From NCBI GenBank assembly GCA_963693365.1, contig CAVNZM010000006.1, positions 2,418,001 through 2,482,000 on the forward strand: a stretch of 64,000 nt of DNA, read 5' to 3'. Origin of the DNA: Amoebidium appalachense (Eukaryota; Protista; Ichthyosporea). Positions 52,631-64,000 of this stretch are shown here, one piece after another. The notes beneath the pieces were generated by a model. That model saw only the letters and a program-made list of their open reading frames with translations, searched no databases and had not been told where the DNA came from. Numbering within the stretch: position 1 is the first letter of the stretch; each line of letters opens with the position of its first letter. Position numbers and translations under genes: made by a program.

Positions 52631-55600
52631 ACTGACCTCTCCTGGGGCCTCTCCTCCTTGGGGGCAGCAGCAGCCTCACGGTCCCTCCATGAGCTGCCGC
52701 CAGCCGCAGACCCTTCCCCGGCAGCTCTCTGTGCAGCCCGGTGTCAGCACAAAAACACACACACACACAGTCTTGGCCCACACACACCCCTCCCAAAACA
52801 CACACCATTTCATCCTCACACCCCACAAATCCGCACACACAGCATGCAGGAGCACTCACCCTCCAGGCACCCGGTCCCTTCTCCTCGCGTGGCTTCTCAT
52901 CCCTTGGTGGTGCCCTAGCAGCCTCCCTATCCCTCCACGTGCTCCGGCCCTCGGCAGGCCTCTCCTCAGCCGGGTGGTCCTCCCTGCGCCACTCCGTTGC
53001 AGGGGGCTCCTCCCTACGGTCCCTGCGCTCAGGCTCCTCCTGCCGTGCAGCCTGCCAGCGCCTGGCCCCAGCAGCGGCATCTGTGTTCTCCTGCCTGGCC
53101 GCCTCCTTGTCCCTCCAGCTGCTGCCCCCAGGGCCTGCCGGCCTCTCCCTCTCGGGCTCACGGGCACGTGCAGCCTCACGGTCACGCCATGAGCTACCCC
53201 CTGCCGCTGCCGGTGTTGCTGACCTGTACGTGCAAAAAAATGTAAGCATCCGTGTTTAAGTGCAACCCACCCCGGCTTTCAAGCAAGCACACACGTACTT
53301 CTCAGCCTCGCGGTCCCTCCATGTCTTGCGGGGCTCACCCCCCTCTTCTGCTGCCGGGCGGCGCCAGCCGGGCCTGGAGGATTCCTCCTCCCGGGGTGCA
53401 TCGGCACCACCACGTGCACCACGGCGCTCCTCCTCCATCTGACGCAGCTTCTCCTCCCGCATGCGCTGCACAAACATAACAGTAAGAACAAAAACCATAA
53501 GGGTGAACAACAGACCAGATCCCCCAAAACATAGCACGAACCATGCAATAGACCTGACCCAAAGAACACAACACATGGACCAACCGAGAGCCAGAGCCCA
53601 CAACACGGACCACACAAACCAGCCCACCGAAACAAGCTAGACATGTGGGCCTCCATGAAGACACGCTGGGGCCCTAGTCTGCCCTGCGTGCTAAGGCTAG
53701 GAGGCCATCGCTCTGGCAACAGGCACGAGACGGGCCCATTGACAAGGGGCCCTCCTCCACACTGCCACGTTGCACCCATCTCAAGCAAGTAATAATGAGA
53801 GCACTCACCTGAGCCTTCTCCTCGACCTCCCTCTCCTTCTCAGCCTGCTTGCGTGCAATCTCTGCCAGGCGCTCCCTCTCGGCCCTGCGCTCCTCCTCGG
53901 CCTTGCGCTTGCGCTCAGCCTCCTCCTCGGCCTTGCGTTGCTCCTCCGCAAGACGAGCCTCCTCCTCTGCACACAGTACAAAACAACGTTAGCATCAAAC
54001 AGCAAACAGGCACGTACATTGTCAGTTTGAACCAACACATGCAGTGGGTCTGTGTGCTTACACATGCACACGCAATGTCAGGGCCGGGATACATGAACAA
54101 CACACAGGCACCACACGTGCATGCTCACTATGCCAGATTAAAACCTGCACCCATTCAGACCAACACATGCACAAGCGATGCCAGATCCAGATGAACTCAT
54201 ACATGCACACCCACACACACCTTGTCTGCGGCGCTCCTCAGCCTCCCTCTCTGCAGCCTCCCTCTCCCTGCAAATGCGCAGCTCCTCCCTGCGCCTGACC
54301 AGCTCGACCTGGACCCTCTTGTTGAACTCGGCCATCTTTGCATCGTGCTCGGCCTGGCGCTGCCTTCTGATCTCGGCCACAAACTCGCTCTGGTCCTGGC
54401 GCAGTCGGGCCAGGCGCAGCTTGTGCTCCAGGTCCTTGGCGTGCTGCAGGCGGGCCCGCTCGACTTCCTGCTGGTGCACCTGCTCGTGGTACTGCATGTC
54501 CTCGCTGCGCATGGCTGCACGCCGGGCCACAAGCTTGGGGATCTCCTCCAGGCGCTTGGCGCGCTCAAAGTGGTCCATCTTGCGTTCGACCATCTTGAGC
54601 CGCCCGAGCAGTTCCTTCTTCTCCTTCTCGAGCTGCTTGACCTGGCGATCAAGAATCTCCTCGGGGTCAAGCTCTGCCAGCTCCTGTGAAACGAAAGGTC
54701 AGTCAATATGTCCTGCCCTGTGTGTTTGAATGCTGCCCAGCCACGTCGATGAACACAGCACCATAGCATGCTGCCGAGCATGTTAAAGCACACAGCAAGA
54801 ACATGTCCTGTCCAGAATGTTAAAGCAAGCAGCACCACTAAGCGCTACCAATCATGTTTGAGCACAACGCACCCACCTCGATCTTGACGTTCTGCAGGAT
54901 CTTGGACCCGGGAAGAGCCTTCTTCATGGCCACCACCTTCTCCATCGTGACCTGCACCACCCAAATGGTTAGTTGCTGTCCACACAACCTCCAAAACCTG
55001 CCCCCCCCCAATTCCCGATATACACAAAGTGCAGCAAATCACACATTTCAGAAACCCTAACCCCTAGCAAAACAAGCCTAACACAAGCCACATGCAACCA
55101 GGGCAAAAGCAAAGAAATATGCGGGCAGTGCATTCGGGCCACACCACATGGGCCTAGCCACACACAAAGCACCAGCCAAGACTGTATGCCCGCTGCGGCC
55201 GACGAGGCAGATGGGCAGCTGCCAAGTCGACTTGACGCGGGCAAGATCCCCCCCCCCCCCCCCCCCCTTTTTTTTTTGACACGCACACCTGCTGCTACTG
55301 ATTCTCAATCTGGACACCCATACACACACACCTGCTTCCCTATTTCAATACACACATGCATGCACCTGCCTCTTCAACATTACCCCAACACAAACAGCTG
55401 CTTTTACATCCACACACAGGCAGCTGCTTAACCATCCATGCATGCAATACATACACACATACACGCACACACCTGCTTCTCCATCTCCTCTCTCTCCCTG
55501 CGGATCTGCTCCTCCTGCCTGCGCCTGCTCTCGGCCTCCAGCCTAGCCTGCTCCTGCTGGCGCTCGACGGCCTTCTGCTGTGCGCGCTGCTCGGCGGCAA

Positions 55601-58600
55601 TCTTGTTCTTGCGCTGGATGGCCTCCTCCAACAGGATCTTGCGGTTCTCGATGATCACCTTGCGCTCCAGTGTGCGCTTGTGCTCCTCCCCAATCAGCTG
55701 CACCACATACACAGTCAGCAACACACATGCAAAACACCCTTCGATATGCCCGCACTGCAGCCTACACACCCACTCGACCGCTATTCAACAAGCGTGCACA
55801 AGACACCCCAAGCATGCAGCACCACAAACACCTACACAGCACCAACTATCCTCCCACACCTATCATACAAACCCATTCCACCCACTTGCAAACCAACATG
55901 CACCCACACCCATTTATGAGTAATCATCAAGCATGCATTTTTCACTCACCGCGGAGAGGCGAGCAATGGCCTGAGTGCGGCGCACCGCCTTGCCCTGCTC
56001 CTGGTCGGGCAGCAGTACGGGGGCCAGGGCATGCAGGCCCTTGCTCAGCGCCGTGAGGGTGTGCAGCACGTGCTCGCTCTGCATGGCCGTGTGGGGCACA
56101 TCCACCCCCTCCTGCGCCGTCTCACTGCTGTAGAACACATCGGCGCCAAAGCTGATGGTGCCGCTGCGGTGATTGACGCGTACCTGCAGGATCTTTGTGC
56201 GCACGGCATCAACAAGGAACTTCTCGATGGTGTAGCGGTCGAAGAAAGGAACAAGGGCCTGCAGGGCGCTGATCTTCATCATCTGGTACACCTTGCCCAG
56301 CTGCTGCAGCAACCGTGTCAACACGACAGTCTGCAGGGGCCGCACATAGCTGGAGAGCTCCTCACGCTGGCCCACCCACTCAAGAAGAGGCGCGACTTTC
56401 TTGCACAGCTGCAGGGGGTGGAACTCGTCCTCCACCCACGTGAACAGGTTGCGCACCTCGGCAGGCACGTATGCAAGCACGTTCTTGCTCTTCTGCTCGT
56501 GCGTGTGAGTGTAATGGAAAGGGAGTAATGATGGCAAGTTAGTGTCCATGATAGCCAGATATGCTCAAACAACACCGGTTGACTTTGGTGTATGGTTTTG
56601 GGGGGGAGGGAGACGAATCTGTGTGCAAGGTCATTTAGAACGAGAGGGGAATAAGTCTAACAACACACGATCCTCATACTACTAGGCAATGTGTGCGCAC
56701 ACGCAAATGCTCGACTAAAGGGTCCACGCATTGGTGGCTGTCAAGCAGGCCCCAAACTGTCAGAGCACTATTTCCTTCTGACAGGACAACAGCATACACA
56801 AAGACACGGTCAGGTGTGTGTGTGGGGGGGGGGGGGGGGGGGGTTACCAGGTCCTGGATGAGGGATGCCCTGGTGGGGGGCTGGGACAGGCCCACGAGCA
56901 GGGCCTGCTGCTGCTGCTTGGCCAGCGTGCTGCAGCAAACAGCTGTCAGTGGAATAGCAAGGATATTGCACGAGACATTCTAAAAAAACTGCTTTTTACA
57001 CGGGAGGCAATAATGTACCAAACAAAAAAGCCCCCCCCCCCCCCCCCCCCCCCCCCTCTTAATTCTTCAAGCCACACTGCAAACACACACCTGTCGGTCT
57101 CGAGGTACTCCTCGGCCTCTGTGCGCTGGGGGGTGATGGGGATCAGCAGGGTGGCCAGGGCGCAGTGGGTGGCCAGCTTGGTGGCCTCCTCCTCCGTCAG
57201 ATTCTTCTTCTGCTCCTTGGACAGCCAGAACAGCTTGTGCCACGCGTACGCATGGAACTGCACAAGAACACGGTCAGCTGCTGCCTGAGTGCATTATAAT
57301 CCCGCCTAACCCTTTCAACGCTGTACCAGCACATAGACCACACACCATGCATCTGTGTAGGCAAAAAACCGCGCAAGGCATGCTCATGCGACTGCCCAAA
57401 CAGCACACACCCACACGAGCACAGACACGGTAGTTAACGACACAAGCACCACACAGCATCTCTACACAAAGAATGCCTGAGCACGCACCAGGTAGTTGTC
57501 GGACTTCCAGAAGACCAGGGCCAGCTGCTCGAAGTACGTGGCCATCATCTGGGGCTTGGGGGGCTTCTTGGACATGCCCATCAGCCCGTGGATGTCCTCG
57601 ATCGTGCGGAATGCCTCCTGCCACAGGTCCAGCTTGGCTGCAGCATCCAGCTGTGCAAACCGCGTCTCAAGGTGCAGCTGCAGCGAGCTACAGAAACCCA
57701 CAGTCAACACACAGCAAAGCAGCCCAATCCAACACTCACAACCCTCGTGCCGTATATCCCCTCCCATTATGATGCAGAACGTGCACATCCCACCACATAA
57801 ACATGCACACGCACACATTCGATACACGTGTGCCCCCCCATCCCCCCCCCCCCCCCCCCCCCCCCGGATCACCACCCACAAAGGAACCTACACAAATCCC
57901 TTGGGCTACCTTACGTGCAATGGCAGCTCTCCCTGACCAGCAAACAATTAAGCCCTGCATGATTAGAGTCTCTAGTGATCTGCATCCCCCCCCTACCCTC
58001 CCAAACACAAACTAGGCCACAGTAACAACAGTCGGACACATCATCGGCCTACAGAAAGCATCAGCCCCTTCCCCTCCCACCCCCCCCACCTACCGCGTGC
58101 AAAAAAAAGACCAGTCCATGCATAGACAAAACGGGCACGTACTCAGGGTTGTTGAGGTTGATGGTGTTGGACTGGTTGCTGTACTTCTGCACGTTCAGCA
58201 GATGCGTGCGCAGCAGGTCGCACAGGCGGCGGAACTCCGTCTTGCGTGTGTACTTGAGGCAGAACTGGAACGCATGCTGCGCGATCTCCTGCAACCCCCA
58301 TTCACATGTCAGCAACCACATCTTTCAAACCACCACACCCATAAAATTACCACGGCAACGAACCTGATAGAGGGCCTCCAGCTTGGGGTTGTTGCGCAAG
58401 ATCTCCAGCACGGTGCGGTAGGTCTCCCACAGAAACTTGAGCCACGGGGTGAGCACCTCACGGTCCGTGCGGTCCTGGGTGTCCTCCCCCGTCACCGTGC
58501 TGAGGATGAGGTTCTCGGGCGTTTCCGAGGCCTCGAGATCCTCGACATTCTCCTCGGCCTCCACAGCAGAGGCTGTGGCCTTGGACCGGGCCTCCTCGGC

Positions 58601-59702
58601 CTTGGCTTCGGACAGGGCAACAAACTTCTTGATCACAGTCTCCAGCGAGCCAATGCTGACCTGTTCCCCAAAAAAAAGTCAGTTTGCATGCACCCATCTG
58701 CAACCTGCTCGGGGCACATAAGAAAGGAGAAGAGACAACACAACAGAGTCCAACAAACAACAATAGCACCCAACACACACCTGCTGGCACATGTTCTTGT
58801 ACTGGTGCAGACCATCCTTGGCAGTCTTGCCGCGGCGCATGTCCACACACAGCTGGAGGAAGAGGAGCAAGATCTGCTCGGACGTCTTCGTCCAGTTGCG
58901 GTGACGCTTGCTGGCGATGACATCGTGAAGAGCCTCAAGAGCAGAGCTCTTCTTGTCTACCTCGATGAGCTCTGCGCAAGTATGGCCCTTGTTAGGAACC
59001 TATCCATGACGAGCTTTGACCCTAATCCAACCACATCTAAGAGGAAAAAAAGGCGCGTGCATAAACTTGGAAGAAGGATGAACACAACTCTCGCCAATAG
59101 CGTTCAACTCATGTGCTAAAAAGCTTGCTGTTTCTTCGTTTAGCGAAACAGGTACGTTGACGCCAAGGGACTAACAGTGAGTCCCACAACATTTCTACCA
59201 CTTGGTGACTAGAGCAGCACACAACCGAACCGGATCTGCCTGCCTCTGTGGCTTACAAAGGACTGCCAAAAACGATGACCTCGCGCTGGCAAAGCGGCTG
59301 CAAAGAAAACTGTACCCCACACTCTGCGGCTGAATCTGTGAAGTATAGTTTATGCCATGAAGACCAAGGTCTGTCGCCCATGTGTCAAGGTCCCTTGCCT
59401 GTCGCCCAGGTGTAAAAGATCCACTCCGTGACGGAGTGGCATTGACCCAAATTATTCCTTTAAAATCAATGATGTTTAGAAATTCGAGCTCTCAGACATA
59501 TCAGCAGGATTGCTAAAGAAACCGTACATAGTAGTTGGATGCGCGAAGGATTGTAAGGATACACCGACGATAGGTCCTGGTCTACATCAGGCTGAATCTA
59601 CGTGCATCGCTGCCAAACGACTGTTGAAAACTCCTAGCAGAAAGAACGCGTACCCTTGGCGCGCTTAAGCGCGTTTTCCGGTTTATGGAAGTACTGCGGC
59701 AT
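52197..59702 (-). CDS. EIF3A: Eukaryotic translation initiation factor 3 subunit A, about 16 exons
   Basis: Exon 1 (59702-59654) encodes [16 protein letters not shown]. Downstream exons encode ELIEV...[20 protein letters not shown] (58971-58781), [21 protein letters not shown] (58660-58364), [36 protein letters not shown], the PCI region LEDEFHPL-like (56492-55950), the coiled coil [14 protein letters not shown], and SWRDREA repeats. The last exon (52284-52197) ends [12 protein letters not shown]. Phases are consistent. Confidence 0.97.
53641..53767 (-). ncRNA. Candidate intronic two-hairpin box H/ACA snoRNA in eIF3a
   Basis: Sense to the host gene. Hairpin 1 is TGGCAG..GAGGAGGGCCC/GGGCCCGTCTC..TTGCCA. 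The hinge is AGAGCGA (imperfect H box). Hairpin 2 is GGCCTCC-pocket-GCACGC.GGGC/GCCC.GCGTGT-pocket-GGAGGCC. It ends in ACA plus 3 nt, with 14 nt from the pocket top to ACA. Length is 127 nt. Folded by eye. Confidence 0.65.
55180..55243 (-). ncRNA. Candidate H/ACA guide hairpin in an eIF3a intron, snR85/SNORA5-like (18S rRNA)
   Basis: Fold TGCCCGC-GTCAAGT-CGAC..GGCAG/CTGCC..GTCG-GCCGCA-GCGGGCA-T-ACA-GTC. The pocket strands are complementary to the conserved SSU sequence CUGCGGC-UU-AAUUUGAC (recalled, not searched), with 14 nt to ACA. Confidence 0.6.
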
Positions 59703-60569
59703 CCTGATGCAGCGCCGGAGGCGAAGTCTCCAGCTCTAACTATACAGGAACGGCCGACGAAAAACACGGTGGAACGAAACAAACTAAACAGACAGCTGAT
59801 GTCTGTGGTGGGCTGTGTGCGGCAGCAACCTAGCGCTGCATGATCGTAAGCTAATCAAAACGCTTATAGATGGTAAAAGATAAGACACGTGGGTTTGCAA
59901 AGGAAAGATCTGGCGCGCGATTGTGCCAGCAGCCAATCAAACACACCCTATTTTTAGAGGTCCAGCCGGGTGTGTACATGTGACACCCACATCATAGCGA
60001 CCAGCGCACAACGAGCAGAAGGCAGAAGAACTGCACTGCAAGAATGGCATTCGTGTTATGATCATTGTGGCACAACCATCATTGATTTTGCATTTGTGTA
60101 GGAGTATTGTGGCACTATCAGCAAAACCAATTTATAGTCATTTATTGTTCTTTGAGGCTCTTAGAACGTATAGGCAGCTATGACAATCCATCACCCCACA
60201 GACAAGCAGACAAATTGTGGATTCCGGCACAGCTGCAGGTTATCATGAAGTGAGGCTTCTCGGCCTTTTTGCATAGAGCTATAGCAACAATTTATCATAG
60301 CAAATACGTTGCTTCTGACGATGGCACTGGCTCTCTGGATATGCATGCATGATAATGCTACATGCCTACTCTTGTCGGTCTTCGAACAAGCAAGTGCTGC
60401 CATAACTTGGCCATGAACTAAGAGGTGCTTATTTCAACATGGGCTTTATTTATTCGAAAGTATAGCAAGATAAAACAAGGAGCTTGGTCAGCTCCAAAGT
60501 CCAGTCGACTACCTTTCCTTGGGTGAATATATACATTGTTGCAAGCGTGTTGCGCTGCAAACAATGAAG

Positions 60570-60610
<41 letters not shown>

Positions 60611-61006
60611 TCCTCCTCCTCCTCCTCCTCCTCCTCCCGGGTGCCCGCCGGCTTCCATACGACCCGGCTTCCATACGAACAACATACGTCTGTACATATG
60701 CACACACACATACCACAGCCTATACAGGGGGCACTCTTTGACAGGAAACTATTAAAAGAATCAAAAGTAACTCAACGCGTAACACAAAAGCACTCTTCTG
60801 ATGTCTTCGAGAGTGTGTAAGATAGTCGAGACTAAAACTAAATTCTTGTTGGCAACCACTGCCTTTCCACACGGGAAACCAAAAATAGCACATGGCTTTC
60901 AATAACGACAAAACCGACTTCTTGGCACAAGATGTTTCTGCGATTGTTCAGTCACACTGCATCCACACACGATAACCAACCGGGCGCACGTAAGGGCAGC
61001 CACCTT

Positions 61007-61463
61007 TCATGTTTGTTTTGCAGTGTCGTTCAGGCCGTATGTTCGCTGCAGGTAGGCGATAATTTCGTAGCTCTCAAGCAGCTCCGCACCCGTGTTGGGG
61101 TCGTACAAGAAGGGCACCTGCATCCGTGGGAGGAGAGGAAGAGGGCCAGGCGGGGTGGAAGAGGCGGCGGCCAGGGGAGGGGGGAGGGGCTATAAGACTA
61201 AATGACTGTGGTCAACAGGCTTCACATAAAAGAAACAAAACAAAGCGTCTTTCGTTACGTGAAGAATTTTTCAACAAAAGAGCACACAAGGACAAGCCCC
61301 CCCCCCCCCTTCTCCCCTCCCCCGCATACTCACACACAAAGAGAAAGAGAAAAACCATCCCAAACACCAACTTGATCACACGTGCACACACCCACGTGTG
61401 CATAACCACACCACACTCACACCCACACACGCCAGACAAGCACACAGCTCTATTCACAAACAG

Positions 61464-61530
<67 letters not shown>

Positions 61531-62334
61531 CACACACCAGGGACTATTAGACCGCTGCCCCGTCAACCAACACCCCAATATTCAATGCAAAAGAGGACAC
61601 AAAGCATACGTACGTGACCCACCCAACGCAAACGGGGAAAGGATGGGTGGGTGGGTGGGTGGAGGGAGGGGCCACAGCAGTACACAGACATATAACCCAC
61701 ACAGCTGGAAGAAGGGGCCCCAGGGTCACACGGGGAGGGGGGGGGGGGGGGGGGGGGGGGAGGATTAGATACGGAACACGCTGCCGTACACACACATACG
61801 GGCGCACACACACACACACACACACCTGTACCATCTGCAGCACGTGCATGCTCTTTCTGACGGAGCTCAGCCTGTCCCAGTTTCTCTCACGGAACTCCCT
61901 GCGCTTATCCGTGGAGCCGTAGGGCACGTTGTGCAGGAGGTAGGGCAGCTGCAGTGCACACAGTGCCTCCCGCACCAAGCGGCTGAACGGGCTGCACTCG
62001 TAGCTCCCTGGGAGAGAGAAGGGGGGGTAGATTAATATGGGGGGGGGGGAGGGGGGGGGGGGGGGGGGGAAGAGGGAATGTATGCTGAGGTTTGGGAATG
62101 TATGCACAGGGTTGGGGGTGTGGAAGATATATCAAAAGACTAAACAAAAAGTCACACAGACACAGACACACACGCACACGCACACGCACACAAAAAAAAA
62201 AAAAAAAAAAAAAATAGAACCGTTGGTTCACAAAGCAGAACGGTCAGGCAAAAGGGGAACGAGAAGCCTCTCCCCCCTCTCCCCCCTCCCCCCCCCCCCC
62301 CCTCCCCCCTTCCCTTTTTTTTTTTTTTTTTTCC

Positions 62335-62378
<44 letters not shown>

Positions 62379-62479
62379 CGCGCGCGCGTGTGCCTGTGCA
62401 CGTGCGCGTGTGCGCGCGTGTGTGTGTGTGCACGTGTGTGTGTGTGTGTGCGTGTGTGCGTGTGTGTGTGCGTGCGTAT

Positions 62480-62517
<38 letters not shown>

Positions 62518-62787
62518 GGATGATATCAGGTATGTAACCCTAAACAATTAACACAAGACAGGTCAGGCAATAGATGGCCGAGGGGAAGGATGGTGGCCAG
62601 GGAGCAAGTAGGTAGAGGGGTTGGGGGAGGGGCGGGTGGGGGGTTGGGAAAGAGGGGGAAGAAGGAGGTTATATATTAGAAGACGTGTAAAATTTACGAT
62701 TACAACTGTAAAAACACATGGTCGTGCCCTAGTTGGTTGGGAGCCGCCGGGGGGCGGGCGGGCGGCCCGCGGGCCCACCTCGGGGGA

Positions 62788-62832
<45 letters not shown>

Positions 62833-63126
62833 AATACATAGTTCCAATAGCTCCTTTGGTTGGCGGGACGGAACTGCTGATCTGCTGATGGTGGGAAATG
62901 GACGCACAAGAGAGGCGGCAGCAAGCGTCAGGAACCTGCAGGGGGGGATTGGGGGAGGGGGGGGGGGGGGGGGGGGGGAGGTCAGAATGAGCTGGAGGGT
63001 ACGAAGTGCATATTCATGACGGACAAGGACAAGTGGCCATATATATGGGGGTGTCTGGGTGGAAGCAGAGCGCGGAGGATCCCGCGGGACGAAGAGGGGG
63101 GGGGGGGGGGGGGGGGGGAGGAGAAA

Positions 63127-63163
<37 letters not shown>

Positions 63164-63549
63164 GAAAGCGCCATAAAGCACGAAGTACACACACAAAACG
63201 GACAACACAATGCAGAGTGCAAACGGCACATAAAAGAGTATGCAGAATAAGCATGGGGGGTGGGGGGTGGGGGAAGTGGGGTATGATCAGAAAACCGCCG
63301 GTGGCAGGCAGTCAGCAGACTAAACATGGTGCCGGCAGATATGTGCAGAAAAAAAGTCGGCACACACACACAGGCCAACTAGGCATCGTGAGCAGAACAA
63401 TCAATATATTCATACACAGGCCAAATGGATACCGTGCTACTATACAATTATATCAACATGTTCATGGTCTATATATGTTTTCAACAACAAAAGCACAAGG
63501 CATACGAATAATTCTTTTCCTCTTCTCCCTCTTCCTTTTTTTTTTTTTT

Positions 63550-63591
<42 letters not shown>

Positions 63592-63813
63592 TGGTACAAA
63601 AATAGTAGGGGGCAAGAGGTGTAACAGCAGCAAACAAGTTTCTAGTTGGAAAAGACGGGGGTGTAGCACAGACCTCAGTACGGGCAGGTCAGCCAGCCAG
63701 TAGTTTGGGGGTGGACGGGCCTTCTTGCCGTATGTGGCCCATAGGTACTCCACGATGGATGCAGACTCGTACATGCTCGTGCCTGTGTTGGGATCCACAA
63801 GGTAGGGAAACAT
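61007..63813 (-). CDS. Tandem GST-N / thioredoxin-fold protein (2GST_N-like); 5' exons beyond the right edge
   Basis: Exons 63813-63674 ([24 protein letters not shown]), 62935-62838, 62007-61826 ([23 protein letters not shown]) and 61117-61007 ([27 protein letters not shown]) join in phase. The PxLxDPNTG..xES motif occurs twice. Confidence 0.86.
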
Positions 63814-64000
63814 CTGCGGGTGGGGGGCTGTTAGTGGGTGGGTTGGTTGGGTGTGGGGGAGAGGAGGTTGGGGGAAATGGGAGGATAGTGTGATGTGGTA
63901 TGCACAGAGAAAAATGGTGTGGGTATTGGTAGTGAGCATGATGGAAGATGGTACCCAATCAAAATTAGCCAAATATTTACGCACAATTTTTGGCAGGTTG

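Noticed and set aside
56690-56790. Hairpin in another eIF3a intron as a third snoRNA
   Set aside because: No ACA or H box at the correct distance and no recognisable target.
60255-60269. GCTTCTCGGCCTTTT identical to the 5' end of U2 snRNA
   Set aside because: Similarity stops after 15 nt. The branch-pairing GTGTAGTA and Sm site are absent.

Overview
This is intron-rich eukaryotic genomic DNA. The eIF3a N-terminus suggests an opisthokont, probably a unicellular holozoan (inference only). The window is saturated with (CA/TG)n, poly-C/poly-G, (CT)n and (TA)n tracts, so nearly all ORF-track proteins ([16 protein letters not shown]) are spurious. Manual splicing with phase checks gives six genes: an ABCA lipid exporter (minus, start 19507, running off the left edge), a membrane-anchored P-loop ATPase-like gene (plus, 20937-26980), a compact two-exon C2H2 zinc-finger gene (plus, 34860-35978), a TMEM53/DUF829 hydrolase-fold gene (plus, 44737-50510), eIF3a (minus, 59702-52197), and the 3' part of a tandem GST-N/thioredoxin-fold gene (minus, ending 61007). 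Mobile DNA comprises three MITEs with TIRs and TSDs, one full-length tRNA-derived SINE with a 15-bp TSD, and degraded remnants in the gene-poor 27.5-44 kb stretch. Three signals stand out. (i) Two H/ACA-like RNA folds lie in eIF3a introns: one is a snR85/SNORA5-like 18S guide that appears to be a single hairpin, and the other has colinear, non-modifying complementarity to LSU rRNA domain I. (ii) Tandem duplications are repeatedly anchored exactly on splice sites; in-frame donor copies are retained and upstream acceptor copies have lost their AG. (iii) Many acceptors have (CA)n running directly into CAG instead of a U-rich polypyrimidine tract.
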